This document shows positions 1-11,997 of a stretch of DNA of 64,000 bases, one piece after another. How positions within the stretch are numbered: the stretch's first letter is position 1; every line of letters begins with the position of its first letter. The notes beneath the pieces are model-generated. The model searched no databases, was not told the origin of the DNA, and saw only the letters and a list, made by a program, of their open reading frames with translations. This DNA is from Lytechinus pictus. Lineage: Eukaryota. The stretch spans positions 25,794,001 to 25,858,000 of the forward strand of contig NC_087245.1 in NCBI RefSeq assembly GCF_037042905.1, given 5' to 3'. A program made the position numbers and the translations under genes.

Positions 1-1138
1 TTCTACAGAGAAGCATCAGTCTAGGATGAATTTGGGTTATCAAGGTTGGTACGTAATTGTAAAATCGATTGCAACTGTCAACCTGAATTACTGCTATGTT
101 TACACCGTGTTTTCGTCTTTTATGCTTCCTACAGTGTGCAAAAGAATAATTAAATTTAGAAAGTTATCAATTAATCGATGAGGACATCAAATATCGATAT
201 TCAAATAGAACAGGATGTATCTTCTTCCCTGCGTGTTTGATCAAGATCAATATATACTCTGCTTATTAGATTACTCTCACGGCCGAAATGTAAAATCTAA
301 TTATTGCTCATTACGTCCAATGTTAATCATCTTATGTTACGATTACAGAGATAAGTGAGTGACCCAATTAGGTCTTTGGTCTGTGGCGCGCAAGCATCAT
401 ATAAATATATATTATAAATATACAAATATATATATATCAGGTTCAAGACAAATAACATGTTCGATCGAACGCCCTTTTTCTCTTTGTAAATCACTTGCCT
501 TTCAATATTTTCACATCCATTTAAATATAAATATATGTACATGTATATCATATCCGACAGATCAATATAAACAACACAACATAACATATTGATAAACAGT
601 AAATATATACCAACTGCTTTACGTTTCTAAATGTTATTATTGAAAGTATTTGAAAAAAAAGGGTTTGAAGAATAAAGGACATATATATTATTCCAAAGAT
701 TTAGCACATTATGAAATGAATACATAATAACATATAAATAAAACATAACACTATACCATGGCTCAAATACCATAGTAATACCAACAACATCTATAATAAT
801 TATACTAATAACTGTTATTTACCCAAGGTAGCCACTTAATCTATTTGCTGATTTTTAAACGGTCCCTGTATAACATAATACACTACTCAAAAAAAGTTAA
901 GGACCACTTTTTAAAACGTACATAAAGATTTTATACAAGGTGTTTTATTTCTGGAAATACCTCAGTACAACTGTCCTAAATGTCCTTAAACACGCTGTAA
1001 TCAATTTCACGCATGGGTGGTTTCAGTTGTTGCACAATGTCTCTCGCATCACTGCACATCCTGAAAAGTGGGCCCCGAGGGGTATCAGCTACCGACATGA
1101 AGTGGTAAAAACGAATATCTGAGTGTCTTTCAGGCAGT

Positions 1139-2119
1139 TCAGTAACGAGTGTGACCACCTCCTGCAGCAATAACGGCTTCACAGCGCTGTCTCATGGAGC
1201 TGATGAGGCGATTGATGTCTCTGACGTCCAGTGCATCCCATGCAGCCTCCAGAGCCACACCCAGCTGCTGCAGTCCAAGTGGATGGGCTTCGAGCTGCTC
1301 GAGACTCCTCCCCATCATGTCCCAGACGTGCTCTATCGGGTTTAAGTCCGGGGACCTCGCTGGCCACTCCATACGCTCAATCCCCTGGCCCTCAAGGAAC
1401 TCGGTCACCACCCTAGCTCGGTGGGCACGGGCATTGTCATCCATGAAAATGATGTTTTGTCCCACATTTTCTGCAAATGGCACCACTATAGGTTCAAGGA
1501 CCTCATCCCTGTACCTCACCCCTGTCATTGCTCCCCCTGGGACCACGTAGAGACGAGTACGGTTGGCGTAGGTGATGCCTCCCCACACCATGACGCTGCC
1601 TCCCCCATAACGGTCATGTTCTGCAATACAGGGGTCTGCAAATCTCTCTCCTGGTCGCCTCCAGACTCTCGAACGTCCATCATTGTGGTCAAGGGAAAAT
1701 CTGCTCTCATCTGTGAACAGAACTCTACGCCATTGCTGTCTGGTCCATCTGACATGCTCCCGGGCCCAGTTGAGACGAATTCTTCTGTGAGCAGGGGTGA
1801 GTGGGACACACTGAGCTGGCCGTCTGGCATGCATATTGGCTCTGTGAAGTCGGTTACGGATTGTTTGAGTGGAAACAATCACGCCAGTTGCTGCAGCGAA
1901 GTCATCGTTGAGGTGGCGTGCACTGTGAAAGCGGTTGCGGAGGCTGAGATTCGTCAAGTAGCGATCATCTCTAGGGGTTGTCGAAACTGGTCGGCCACTG
2001 CGGGGTCTCTCGGAGTATAGCCCTGTCTCTCGGTGTCTTTGATTTGCTCTGCTAATGACACTGTGTGACACGCCCATCATTCTGGCTACTCTTCGCTGAC
2101 TGAGGCCAGCTTCCAGCAT
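1139..2119 (-). CDS. Second Tc1 transposase copy lacking the native start; a 326-aa ORF can start at internal Met17
   Basis: Reverse complement of the + copy. Differs at two residues (SARHLNDDF vs SARRLNNDF). Homology stops at 2132, so about 12 N-terminal codons are missing. Confidence 0.8.
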   Translation of the reverse strand: MLEAGLSQRRVARMMGVSHSVISRANQRHRETGLYSERPRSGRPVSTTPRDDRYLTNLSLRNRFHSARHLNDDFAAATGVIVSTQTIRNRLHRANMHARRPAQCVPLTPAHRRIRLNWAREHVRWTRQQWRRVLFTDESRFSLDHNDGRSRVWRRPGERFADPCIAEHDRYGGGSVMVWGGITYANRTRLYVVPGGAMTGVRYRDEVLEPIVVPFAENVGQNIIFMDDNARAHRARVVTEFLEGQGIERMEWPARSPDLNPIEHVWDMMGRSLEQLEAHPLGLQQLGVALEAAWDALDVRDINRLISSMRQRCEAVIAAGGGHTRY

Positions 2120-2142
2120 CCCTAGGGCTCTGGCTGTGGATT

Positions 2143-2540
2143 CAAATGCATTTTCTGTCTTTAGTCTCTACAATCAACAAATTGCTGACAACAGCAATGC
2201 CAAGATACAGCTGTCCAGGATGCCATCAAACACAATGAAATCAATTTCACACATGCAGTTCTTTCATGTCTCTTGCATCATTGCAATGTGCCCGTACAAA
2301 AGTGGCTTCCAAAGCATTTTCTGTCTTTAGTCTCTACAATCAACAACTTGCTGACAATAGCAATGCCAAGATACAGCTGTCCAGAATGCCATCAAACACA
2401 ATGACATCAATTTCACACATGCAGTTCTTTCATGATGTCTCTGGCATCATTGCAGTGGGCCATAAGACAAGTGTCTTCCAAAGCATTTTCCGTCTTTAGT
2501 CTGTACAATCAACAACTTGCCTACAACAGCAATGCCAAGA
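2143..2540 (+). repeat. About 2.4 tandem copies of a ~167-bp unit forming the Tc1 spacer / 5' region
   Basis: GCATTTTCTGTCTTTAGTCTCTACAATCAACAA...AGCAATGCCAAGA recurs near 2148, 2314 and 2483. The third copy supplies the transposase ATG. Confidence 0.9.
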
Positions 2541-3560
2541 CACCACCTAAGTGAAACAGATGTAGACAGAGCCCTAGGGATGCTGGAAGCTGGCCTCAGT
2601 CAGCGAAGAGTAGCCAGAATGATGGGCGTGTCACACAGTGTCATTAGCAGAGCAAATCAAAGACACCGAGAGACAGGGCTATACTCCGAGAGACCCCGCA
2701 GTGGCCGACCAGTTTCGACAACCCCTAGAGATGATCGCTACTTGACGAATCTCAGCCTCCGCAACCGCTTTCACAGTGCACGCCGCCTCAACAATGACTT
2801 CGCTGCAGCAACTGGAGTGATTGTTTCCACTCAAACAATCCGTAACCGACTTCACAGAGCCAATATGCATGCCAGACGGCCAGCTCAGTGTGTCCCACTC
2901 ACCCCTGCTCACAGAAGAATTCGTCTCAACTGGGCCCGGGAGCATGTCAGATGGACCAGACAGCAATGGCGTAGAGTTCTGTTCACAGATGAGAGCAGAT
3001 TTTCCCTTGACCACAATGATGGACGTTCGAGAGTCTGGAGGCGACCAGGAGAGAGATTTGCAGACCCCTGTATTGCAGAACATGACCGTTATGGGGGAGG
3101 CAGCGTCATGGTGTGGGGAGGCATCACCTACGCCAACCGTACTCGTCTCTACGTGGTCCCAGGGGGAGCAATGACAGGAGTGAGGTACAGGGATGAGGTC
3201 CTTGAACCTATAGTGGTGCCATTTGCAGAAAATGTGGGACAAAACATCATTTTCATGGATGACAATGCCCGTGCCCACCGAGCTAGGGTGGTGACCGAGT
3301 TCCTTGAGGGCCAGGGGATTGAGCGTATGGAGTGGCCAGCGAGGTCCCCGGACTTAAACCCGATAGAGCACGTCTGGGACATGATGGGGAGGAGTCTCGA
3401 GCAGCTCGAAGCCCATCCACTTGGACTGCAGCAGCTGGGTGTGGCTCTGGAGGCTGCATGGGATGCACTGGACGTCAGAGACATCAATCGCCTCATCAGC
3501 TCCATGAGACAGCGCTGTGAAGCCGTTATTGCTGCAGGAGGTGGTCACACTCGTTACTGA
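2532..3560 (+). CDS. Tc1-family DD34E transposase, intact (342 aa from ATG 2532, MPRHHLSETD...)
   Basis: N-terminal HTH region with GRPVS (GRPR-like) linker. Catalytic motifs FTDESRF, FMDDNARAH and SPDLNPIEHVW, with 34 residues between the second D and E. C-terminus GGHTRY. No stops or frameshifts. Confidence 0.95.
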   Translation: MPRHHLSETDVDRALGMLEAGLSQRRVARMMGVSHSVISRANQRHRETGLYSERPRSGRPVSTTPRDDRYLTNLSLRNRFHSARRLNNDFAAATGVIVSTQTIRNRLHRANMHARRPAQCVPLTPAHRRIRLNWAREHVRWTRQQWRRVLFTDESRFSLDHNDGRSRVWRRPGERFADPCIAEHDRYGGGSVMVWGGITYANRTRLYVVPGGAMTGVRYRDEVLEPIVVPFAENVGQNIIFMDDNARAHRARVVTEFLEGQGIERMEWPARSPDLNPIEHVWDMMGRSLEQLEAHPLGLQQLGVALEAAWDALDVRDINRLISSMRQRCEAVIAAGGGHTRY

Positions 3561-3824
3561 ACTGCCTGAAAGACACTCAGACATTCGTTTTTACCACTTC
3601 ATGTCGGTAGCTGATACCCCTCGGGGCCCACTTTTCAGGATGTGCAGTGATGCGAGAGACATTGTGCAACAACTGAAACCACCCATGCGTGAAATTGATT
3701 ACAGCGTGTTTAAGGACATTTAGGACAGTTGTACTGAGGTATTTCCAGAAATAAAACACCTTGTATAAAATCTTTATGTACGTTTTAAAAAGTGGTCCTT
3801 AACTTTTTTTGAGTAGTGTATGTT

Positions 3825-3975
3825 ATTATTACCCTTCTCAAAAGTCGCGCGCCTGACAAGAAGACAGAAGGTCCCATTTTATAAGCCTTTAGTATGACTT
3901 GGCTTGGGATCGAACCCACGACCTCCCGTTCGCGTGGCAGACGGGCTCTCTGATACTGAGCCACCAGCATGCCCA
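3825..3975 (-). mobile_element. tRNA-derived SINE (head plus short body)
   Basis: Minus strand has A-box-like TGGCTCAGTATCAG and B-box GGTTCGATCCC, then non-tRNA body and a (TAA)n-like tail. Confidence 0.65.
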
Positions 3976-4032
3976 TGATAATACAAGACACAACAAAACA
4001 CATTAATTTCAATAAAAGGAAACTGGATTAAA

Positions 4033-6487
4033 AACAAGTGGAATGCCTCTGGCGGTCTCACCTGCATCACGCGATTCAATATAGCAGCAGTGCTGACTTT
4101 GAGAACTACTATAACTCGCACAAGATGTACAGTGATACTTGGTTACTCTTATGTCCACGTTTTATGAACTAGACCAATACACTCACAGAGATATCATGGT
4201 AATTCAACAAATACCCCCAACATGGCCAAAGTTCATTGACCTTACATGACCTTTGACCTTGAACATGTGACCTAAAACTCTCACAGGATGTTCAGTGATA
4301 CTTGATTACTCTTATGTCCAAGTTTCATGAATCAGATCCATAAACTTTCAAAGTTATGATGGTACATGTAATTCAACAAATACCCCCATTATGGCCAAAG
4401 TTCATCGACCTTTGACCTTGGTCATGTGACCTGAAATGCGCACAGGATGTTCAGTGATACTTGATTACTCTTATGTCAAAGTTTTATGAACTAGACCAAT
4501 ATACTTTCAAAGTTATGATGGTAATTCAACAAATACCCCCAATTTGGCCAAAGTTCATTGACCCTAAATGACATTTGACCTTAATCATGTGACCTGAAAC
4601 TTGCACAGGATGTTCAGTGATACTTGATTACTCTTATGTCCAAGTTTTATGAACTAGACCAATAAACTTTCAAAGTTATGATAGTAATTCAACAGATACC
4701 CCCAATTCGGCCAAAGTTCATTAACGCTGAATTACCTTTGACCTTGGTCATGTGACGTGAAACTCATGCAGGATATTCAGTAATACTTGATTAACCTTAT
4801 GTCCAAGTTTCATGAACTAGGTCTATATATTTTCTAAGTTAAGATGACATTTCAAAAACTTAACCTTAGGTTAAGCTTTTGATGCTGATTCCCTCAACAT
4901 GGTCTAAGTTCATTGACCCTAAATGACCTTTGACCTTAGTCCTGTGACATGAAACTCAGGCAGGATGTTTAGTAATACTTGATTAACCTTATGGCCAAGT
5001 TTCATGAACTAGGTTTATATACTTTTTAAGTTATGCTGTCATTTCAAAAACTTAACCTTCGGTTAAGTTTTGGTGTTGTTGCCGCCGCCGCCGCCGTCGG
5101 AAAAGCAACGCCTATACAGTGCGTATAAAAAAAACGGGACAGATTTGAAAAGTCTAAAAAAAATTGTTTCAAATTATGATCTCTATATTTTAGTGTCAAT
5201 AGGTGCTCTGAAGTCTTATCCTTCAAATGCCATTAAAATAATTTAGTTTCGTTCATGCTTGAGCGAACACGGAATGTTTTTGTCTGGGGTTAAAAAGGAG
5301 GCTTGCGTCAAAATGGCATAAAATTATGAATATGATGGTCGGACTTCTTGCGAATCAGCAGACTTCCTCTTAACCTTTTCATTATCTTTGCCATACTTTT
5401 CGAATTATGGGGTCAAAATTCATTTCCAAATCTACTTATTGGCTTGAATATTTCTGTTGTTGTTCCTTTTTAATATGTTCTCTTTTAGCTTTGAATATTC
5501 CTTCTTTAGGCAAGAACAATTTTTTTTTTACCGAAGTATGGGAGAGCGTGATTTTTTTTAAATCCTTTCATTGTGTGCTACAAAGGTTATGGTGCCTTTG
5601 AACAGTGGCATACTGATGGGTGGGGGCTCGGGGTCCCCTCCCCCCCCCCCCCCCAAATAAAAAATCATGACCAAGAAAAAAAAGTGGAAAGGAAAATAAC
5701 AGAAAACATAGAAACTGAAATATGATATAATTTTCTGAATATTATGTCAAAATCACAAAATTTGATATTTTAATAAAAAAGCGGAAATTTTTGCTTGCTC
5801 GCTTCTCAAATTTTTAATACATAATACCCGATCTGCCATATCTTGCTCCTCAATACTCCATTGCCATTGAAAGACATGAATCCTTTCCTGTTTGTCCTGT
5901 CAAGCACATAATTAAACTTGGTGAAGGATTCAATAACCCCTTGAAAATAGGATTCATGTCTTCAGGTACCATAACATTATTATTTTGTTTCACATAATAA
6001 AAGGATTTGAATAATTACAAATTCTCTCAATTAATAATGCAAATCTTCTTACTTGGGTTGACAAAAAGTCTTCTTTTCTTAATTATGAAGGAAAATTCAA
6101 AGGTAAAAGAAGTTTAAATGAAAAACAAAATAATTCAGGTAAATAAATAATTTGTAAATGAAATTTGACAGCATAATTCAAAATTATGGCAAAGATAATG
6201 AAAAGAATAAGAGGAAGTCTGCTGATTAACCAAAATTCTAATCATCAAATTTCTTATTTCTGCCATTTTGGCGCAAGCCTCTTTTTGAACCCCCGACAAA
6301 AACGTCCCGTGTTCGCTCAAGCATGAACAATTTTTTTTTTTTTAAATGGCATTTCAAAGATAAGATCTCAGTTAACATCAAAATATAGATAGTAATTTGA
6401 AACAATATTTTGTATAGACTTTTCAAAACTGTCCCGTTTTTTTTATACGCACTGTAGTCTCACTCTGCTATACAGGTGAGACAAAAA
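4033..6487 (-). mobile_element. Non-autonomous Helentron/HINE-like element with internal ~160-190-bp tandem repeats, interrupted by a MITE
   Basis: Subterminal inverted motif GTCTCACCTG (~4056) / CAGGTGAGAC (~6473-6482). End hairpin GTCTCAC..GTGAGAC. Minus-strand ends TTTTTG.. and ..CTTGTT. Six repeat units start near 4119, 4282, 4441, 4604, 4767 and 4959. Confidence 0.7.
5117..6454. mobile_element. Tc1/mariner-type non-autonomous element (MITE) nested in the HINE-like element
   Basis: TA|CAGTGCGTATAAAAAAAACGGGACAG ... CTGTCCCGTTTTTTTTATACGCACTG|TA, with imperfect TIRs of about 300 bp. Removing it restores CCTATAGTCTCAC. Confidence 0.9.
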
Positions 6488-8352
6488 CTGGATTAAAAAA
6501 TTTATGTTACTAACATATGACTTATGTGTCTTCCTGAGTGAATAAAAAGTAAGGCTTTCTTTGAGATCATCTAAAAAAAAATCCCAAACTGCGGGCCCTT
6601 CAAAATGATTGTTGTTCTTTTTATTTATTTATTTATTCACTTTTATTTAAAAACAGGGTCGTCCTTTCAGAGCCCAAAGGCCTGCTTTACAAAAGAGCCC
6701 TGTAGACATAGAAAGATTTACAAAATAAATGAAATACAATTAATATAAAGTAAAATACAATACACAATCAAAATTACATGACATATCAATGATATCACAT
6801 TAAATGAATCAAAACAAAAATTAAAAACCTAGATTAAAATCAAGACAGTTTAAAAGACGAACAAAATCATAGAAATAAAGGAAATTACTTTAAAAACGTG
6901 TGACTAAAATTAAACTAAGTAAAATTAATAAATAAGTTATAAAATTGACAATTTAAAAGACTTTGAAAATTATTGATATAAAATGGCATAAAGCAGGTAG
7001 CATACAAGGACAAATAATAGAACAAAAGGTAAAATGAATCAAACAAAAAAATACATAAAGTATCACAAATACATAAAACCAAAAAGAAAAAAAAAACGTC
7101 ACGATAACATCAAAACAAAAACAAAATAAATTAACATCATGGCAAAAGACATTTTAAAATAATCAAGTCAAAAGTCATTGTATTGGTGCTTCCTATGCTA
7201 TTTTTTGGAAGGAATACAATGAATAACATTGTCCCAGACATCTAAAGAGTACGTGGGCTGTGAAAAAAAAAATCGAACAAATCAATTGAAATCTTCAAGG
7301 GATGAATGTGTCAGAAGTATTATAACTTAAAAGGAGTATCATTTATTCATATTTATTTATATCAAGTTGAAAATCTTGTCTATGAATATACCTAGATGCA
7401 TGTTTGCTTTTTTTTACATACATACTAAGGTCATATACCTATTCCATCGCCTTGCATTCTACCTTTTATTTTTTTATTTTCATTCACATTTTGTTCTAAA
7501 CAATTATATATCGATATTGATTATGATCAATTATATGAAAATAAATTATTTCGGTAAGTTTAAGATGAAAAGTAGTTCATTAAACTCAATCTCGATGATT
7601 ACTCGATATGCCCAGTATGGTGTAATCACATTGTATATATAAACATGATGTTATGGTCATAAACGTTTTAGAACACTCTGACGCATCCCCCATCAAAAAA
7701 GAAAATTATAAAACGTTATTTTTCTCTACAACGGAAATCACACAGGTCTCTATGAGCATGATTGAATTAATGGTGGATCGAGACAAATGCACGGCTGTTT
7801 TTTCCTGTCCTTTTTTTAGCAAATTAATTATGAGCTTTGATTGTAATCACTAATTTAGGATTGTTACGGTCGGCACTATCATAATCCAAACTGGAAGGCC
7901 AGTGATGATACCGGTAGATTTAATTTGATTAGGTTGAATATCGCTTTCAAACAGAGTAATTCTGGTATATCAATATTGTTCTGAGTTTGATTGATCAGGA
8001 TAATGTAGGTATGCTTATTTTTTTTTCCAAAACCGTATACAAAAACGTAAAAATCTGATTGTGACTTTTTTTGCATGGTAAGCCCCCCACCCACCCCCAC
8101 TTTCAAAACTGTTCCGCGGCCCCTGAATATTAAGCACTTTATATAGAGCAAATATTCAAAGGGCATCACGAATGGTGCCACACTTTGCTGTTTCAACTGA
8201 CAAAAAATGAGGAATAATAAGATTTGAGAGAATAAGTTTCTGCCGATATCAATTCGCGTTATAAAAGGATTATATCCCTCCACATTTAGCTTGATTTTCT
8301 TACGAAAAATAATTGACTCGCCTTCCATCGTAAAAAAATGGAACTGCAATTG

Positions 8353-8920
8353 TTAAAGGTCAAGTCCACCCAAGGAAAAAATCGCTTTGAATCAATAGAG
8401 ATAAATCAAACAAGCAATGCGCTGAAAATTTCATCATATCGGATGTGAAATATAAAAAAAGTTATGACAAAATAGTTATATGCATAAATCAGTGATATTT
8501 AAATGAGAGAGTCGATGATGTCTTCACACGATATTTTTTGTGTATTTTTTTTTTGGTCTGAATTATAATATATATCATTTTTTTTTACAGATGTGCCAAT
8601 AAGGACCATCTTGAACATATTAAATTACCATTGTTAAAACAATGGTAATTCAACATGTACAGGGATGAATAAAACTTTGCTTCACATGACAATAAAGAGA
8701 AAATTCAAATATTAGATATTTGATATAATAAATTACAAAAGAAATAGTGAATGGTTGATGTCACCAGTCCCCTCACTTACAATCGACCAAGATTGTTTCG
8801 TCAAAACTTAAGCAAAACTTTGAAATATCATAAATTTCTTATTTTTCATGCGATTAAGTATCATGCTTGTTTGATTTTCTCCTTTTAGTAAAATCGAATT
8901 TGTGTTGGAGTAGACTTTAA
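8353..8920. mobile_element. TTAA-flanked non-autonomous DNA transposon (Kolobok-like)
   Basis: TTAA|AGGTCAAGTCCACCC ... GGAGTAGACT|TTAA. Homologous to copies at ~38370-38850 and 61905-62497. Confidence 0.65.
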
Positions 8921-9788
8921 TTCCTTTAAGCATAATAGGTGTTTCTAAACCCTACAATCATCCCGAGTGCTGGTATTGTGGTAACAACGTACTCATATAC
9001 AATTTAATTTATTAACTTATGAACTTATTTAGTGATGGTGCTTGTATTGACATTACTAAATATATTTTAACTTACTTTAACGATGAAAAATATTTCATTT
9101 AGCCTGTATGCATGAAAAGAGATCTCGACACCCCAATCAACAAAGCTAGAGGTTGAACTTTAAGATAAAAAAACTCTCTACGTTTGAGTAGGCGGTAATT
9201 GTTTAAACTTTGATTTAGTAGGTCCACGTGCAATAAACGTAATCTGAGTACTCGTGCAGTTGGCTGCTTCAATCTGCAAGCCATTCAATCGAAATATCCA
9301 ATCCTGTGCGTTATCATAGTGCAGTTGGCTTTTACGATATTGCAACTTAAGTTTTTTCCTCCTTATTTTTAAAGGATCTTTTGTATTCTTTTCTCCCATG
9401 AAACAAATCTGAACATAGTAAAACATTAAATTCATCATCATAAATTCAAAAGGTATCAAATTACACCGTCATTGCAAAACTTGGTTTTAACTGTACAGTG
9501 ATCGTAGATAACACATCCACACCTATGAAAATAAGTTATTGACAATTTTTTTCCAAAAAGGCCATGAATTAAGTTTAAGTCATATACTGGTTGTTCTCAA
9601 ACTACCTGATATCTATTTTTCGAACAAGATTAATTTAGTATTTTTTTCCAAGGGATATTCATTATTTTCTCTTACATTCATTAATGAAGTCATTGATGAT
9701 AACAATGTCACGTATAATCATTTTAAGTTGTATAAAGGAGTGTGGTATTCTAAACTTGTACGAACAGGTCTCATATATTAATGACATT

Positions 9789-9960
9789 CGCTGTTAAAAA
9801 TAATTGAAACAACGCTGTTTACTATGTGAATCGCACAGTAGTTGTTGAAACAGTTTAAAAGGTGTTTAAAATCTTAAACAACCATGCTTAAATTATTGTT
9901 TAAACAACTACAGTGCGATTCACATAGTGCACAGCGTTGTTTGAATTATTTTTAACAGTG
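9789..9960. mobile_element. Small hairpin MITE with CACTG-like ends
   Basis: CGCTGTTAAAAATAATT ... AATTATTTTTAACAGTG, with imperfect inverted arms of about 65 bp. Confidence 0.7.
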
Positions 9961-11180
9961 TTGGTAGAACGATCCGCATCGAAACGCTGAATTCTGCTTG
10001 GGTGTAGATGATTTTAGAGATCACAAGCTGATATCACAACTGCGTTTATATTGGATTCTTTATGCATTTATGCATTGGAAAAAACTATAATATTAATAGG
10101 TTATATATATATTTATATATTCCAAGTGTTCCCATTTGAAAAAAAAGGAAACAAGTGACATCATTTTATGTGATCTAAAAACATGGTGCCTTAATCTAGA
10201 CTTCTGTTGCTGATTATGTACTTTTTTGTATTTTATTTTCTTTCTGAAAGCCATTCGCCATTTTCCGTTTTTATAATATCTTGTTTTCTGGAACAAGATA
10301 TAATATGAATTGCGATGAATACATTTATCAGAAATTCATCATTTTACTCTGACAGATGACGATGGTTTCAGATTTATATTCCAAATTTTCAGTCTTTCTC
10401 GGATAACTAAACCCCTTAATGAAAAAAAAAATGATAATAATACCACTAAACTTGCTTGACGAACTATACTGACAAACACAAAGTGATTATATTCTGATCG
10501 CTTCTCAAAGTTGTTTGTGGCGTATTTTGATGAAAATATCAATAAACTGTAATGAAAATGGATTAATTGAATATTTCATTGAAGATGTGTTCTTGTAAAT
10601 TAAAATAAACACTTAACCTTTCTAATGCCAACAAAATATTCATTCAAGCATGGATAAGAAAATTTGGAGTAGAGACAGAAGTACATAGAACTGGCATCGG
10701 GGGTTTGGTTGTTTATGAACATGCATTACATATTACTTTTATAAAATAAATTAATTAATGAAATAGGAGAGAAGTGAAAGAAAAAAAAAGCGTTTGGTCT
10801 ATAACCTATGCGCAAACATAATGTTACATAAATTCGATCGTGAAGCTCAATAGGAAATACCCTAATGCCGCAAGTTATTCCTTTGTATATGCTTTTAACT
10901 TCTTCTTAATACAAGATATTGCCTGAGATTTCACAAAAATACATGGCATGTGTCATAAGATAGGCGGATTTCTCAGATGAAGCCAGAGGTAGTAATTAAG
11001 GTTAAGGTCTGATGTTCAGTACATATGGCATGTATTATATACGGCTCGATGAGGATGTGAGCACCTGAACTTATTAAATAAGCCTGGAGGTCAAAGACTG
11101 GACGTTCCTCATCTATACAAACAGACGTCATTGACTTCGATATCACTCCAAAACAAACACACAAACGCATGCAGAATATA

Positions 11181-11997
11181 CACCATGTGAGTAAAAAAGA
11201 AACGAAAAAAAAATCGACACCTCACAAAATTAATGCCCAATTTTAGGAAAAAATGTTTCATGAATACATTATAATTGTGTATGCCCAGAAAGAGTATCGT
11301 CTCCCAAATAAATTGATGCCATATTCATGTGGTAACGCTTGGATAATCAGGGGCCCGTCTTACAAAGAGTTGCGATTGATCCGATCAATCGCAACTATGG
11401 AAAGCCAGCAAAGTCAACATATACAATGCATGTTTGTTCAAAAAAAGTTCTAGATAAATTATGAATGTATATCCATAAATTCATTGATTTCTCGACAATT
11501 TGGTGTGATCTTTGTTAACAAAGGACATTTTGCAAATTTCCTGTAGAAAAAAATTGGATCAATCGTAACTCTTTGTAAGACGGGTCCCATGTGTTATTTT
11601 TTTTTTTTTTGCTTTTTTTTGTGCTGTGATGTAAAGTTCGATTTGCGCCAAAGCAAGGCATGACTGCAATGAATGAATCCAGATGCCACTGGTGTCATAA
11701 TCCTCCATGAGTTAGTAAACATATTTGCAAACCCTTTCAATGAAATTAATATGATAATGAAGTATGAAAAGTGATTTTAAAAAATTATGAAAGGTGTTTT
11801 GCAATGGATTTTAACCATGGATTATGATATCATTGGCAAATGCATGGATTCATTAATTAGAGCCATGCCTTACTTTGGCGGAAGTAAAAATTTACATCAC
11901 TGTAAAAAAAATTATTCTAATCATCCAAGCGTGAATACTTACCACATAAATCAAATTATTTGAGAGAAAATACTCTTTCCGGCGGCCTCACATGGTA
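11181..11997. mobile_element. Old TA-flanked MITE interrupted by a younger MITE
   Basis: TA|CACCATGTGAG ... CTCACATGGTA|TA. Degenerate internal inverted repeats at ~11625-11680 and ~11840-11900. Confidence 0.5.
11350..11588. mobile_element. MITE with GGGCCCGTCTTACAAAGAGTT TIRs (Harbinger-like)
   Basis: GGGGCCCGTCTTACAAAGAGTTGCGATTGATCC ... GGATCAATCGTAACTCTTTGTAAGACGGGTCCC. Related copy at ~63798-63944. Confidence 0.75.

Larger units (their letters stand above)
881..3818. mobile_element. Palindromic Tc1-family transposon: two inverted 1,252-bp arms (881..2132, 2567..3818) around a 434-bp spacer
   Basis: Ends read TA|CACTACTCAAAAAAAGTTAAGG ... CCTTAACTTTTTTTGAGTAGTG|TA. Arm coordinates are symmetric (881+3818 = 2132+2567 = 1139+3560 = 4699). 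Both arms encode the same transposase. Confidence 0.95.

Noticed and set aside
1151..3723. Paired antisense and alternate-frame ORFs (199, 118, 117 aa and others)
   Set aside because: They are shadows of the transposase ORF, duplicated by the palindrome, with no recognisable motifs.
3900..3975. tRNA gene (likewise 32435-32506 and 57755-57825)
   Set aside because: A and B boxes are present, but the cloverleaf is degenerate and runs into SINE body sequence.
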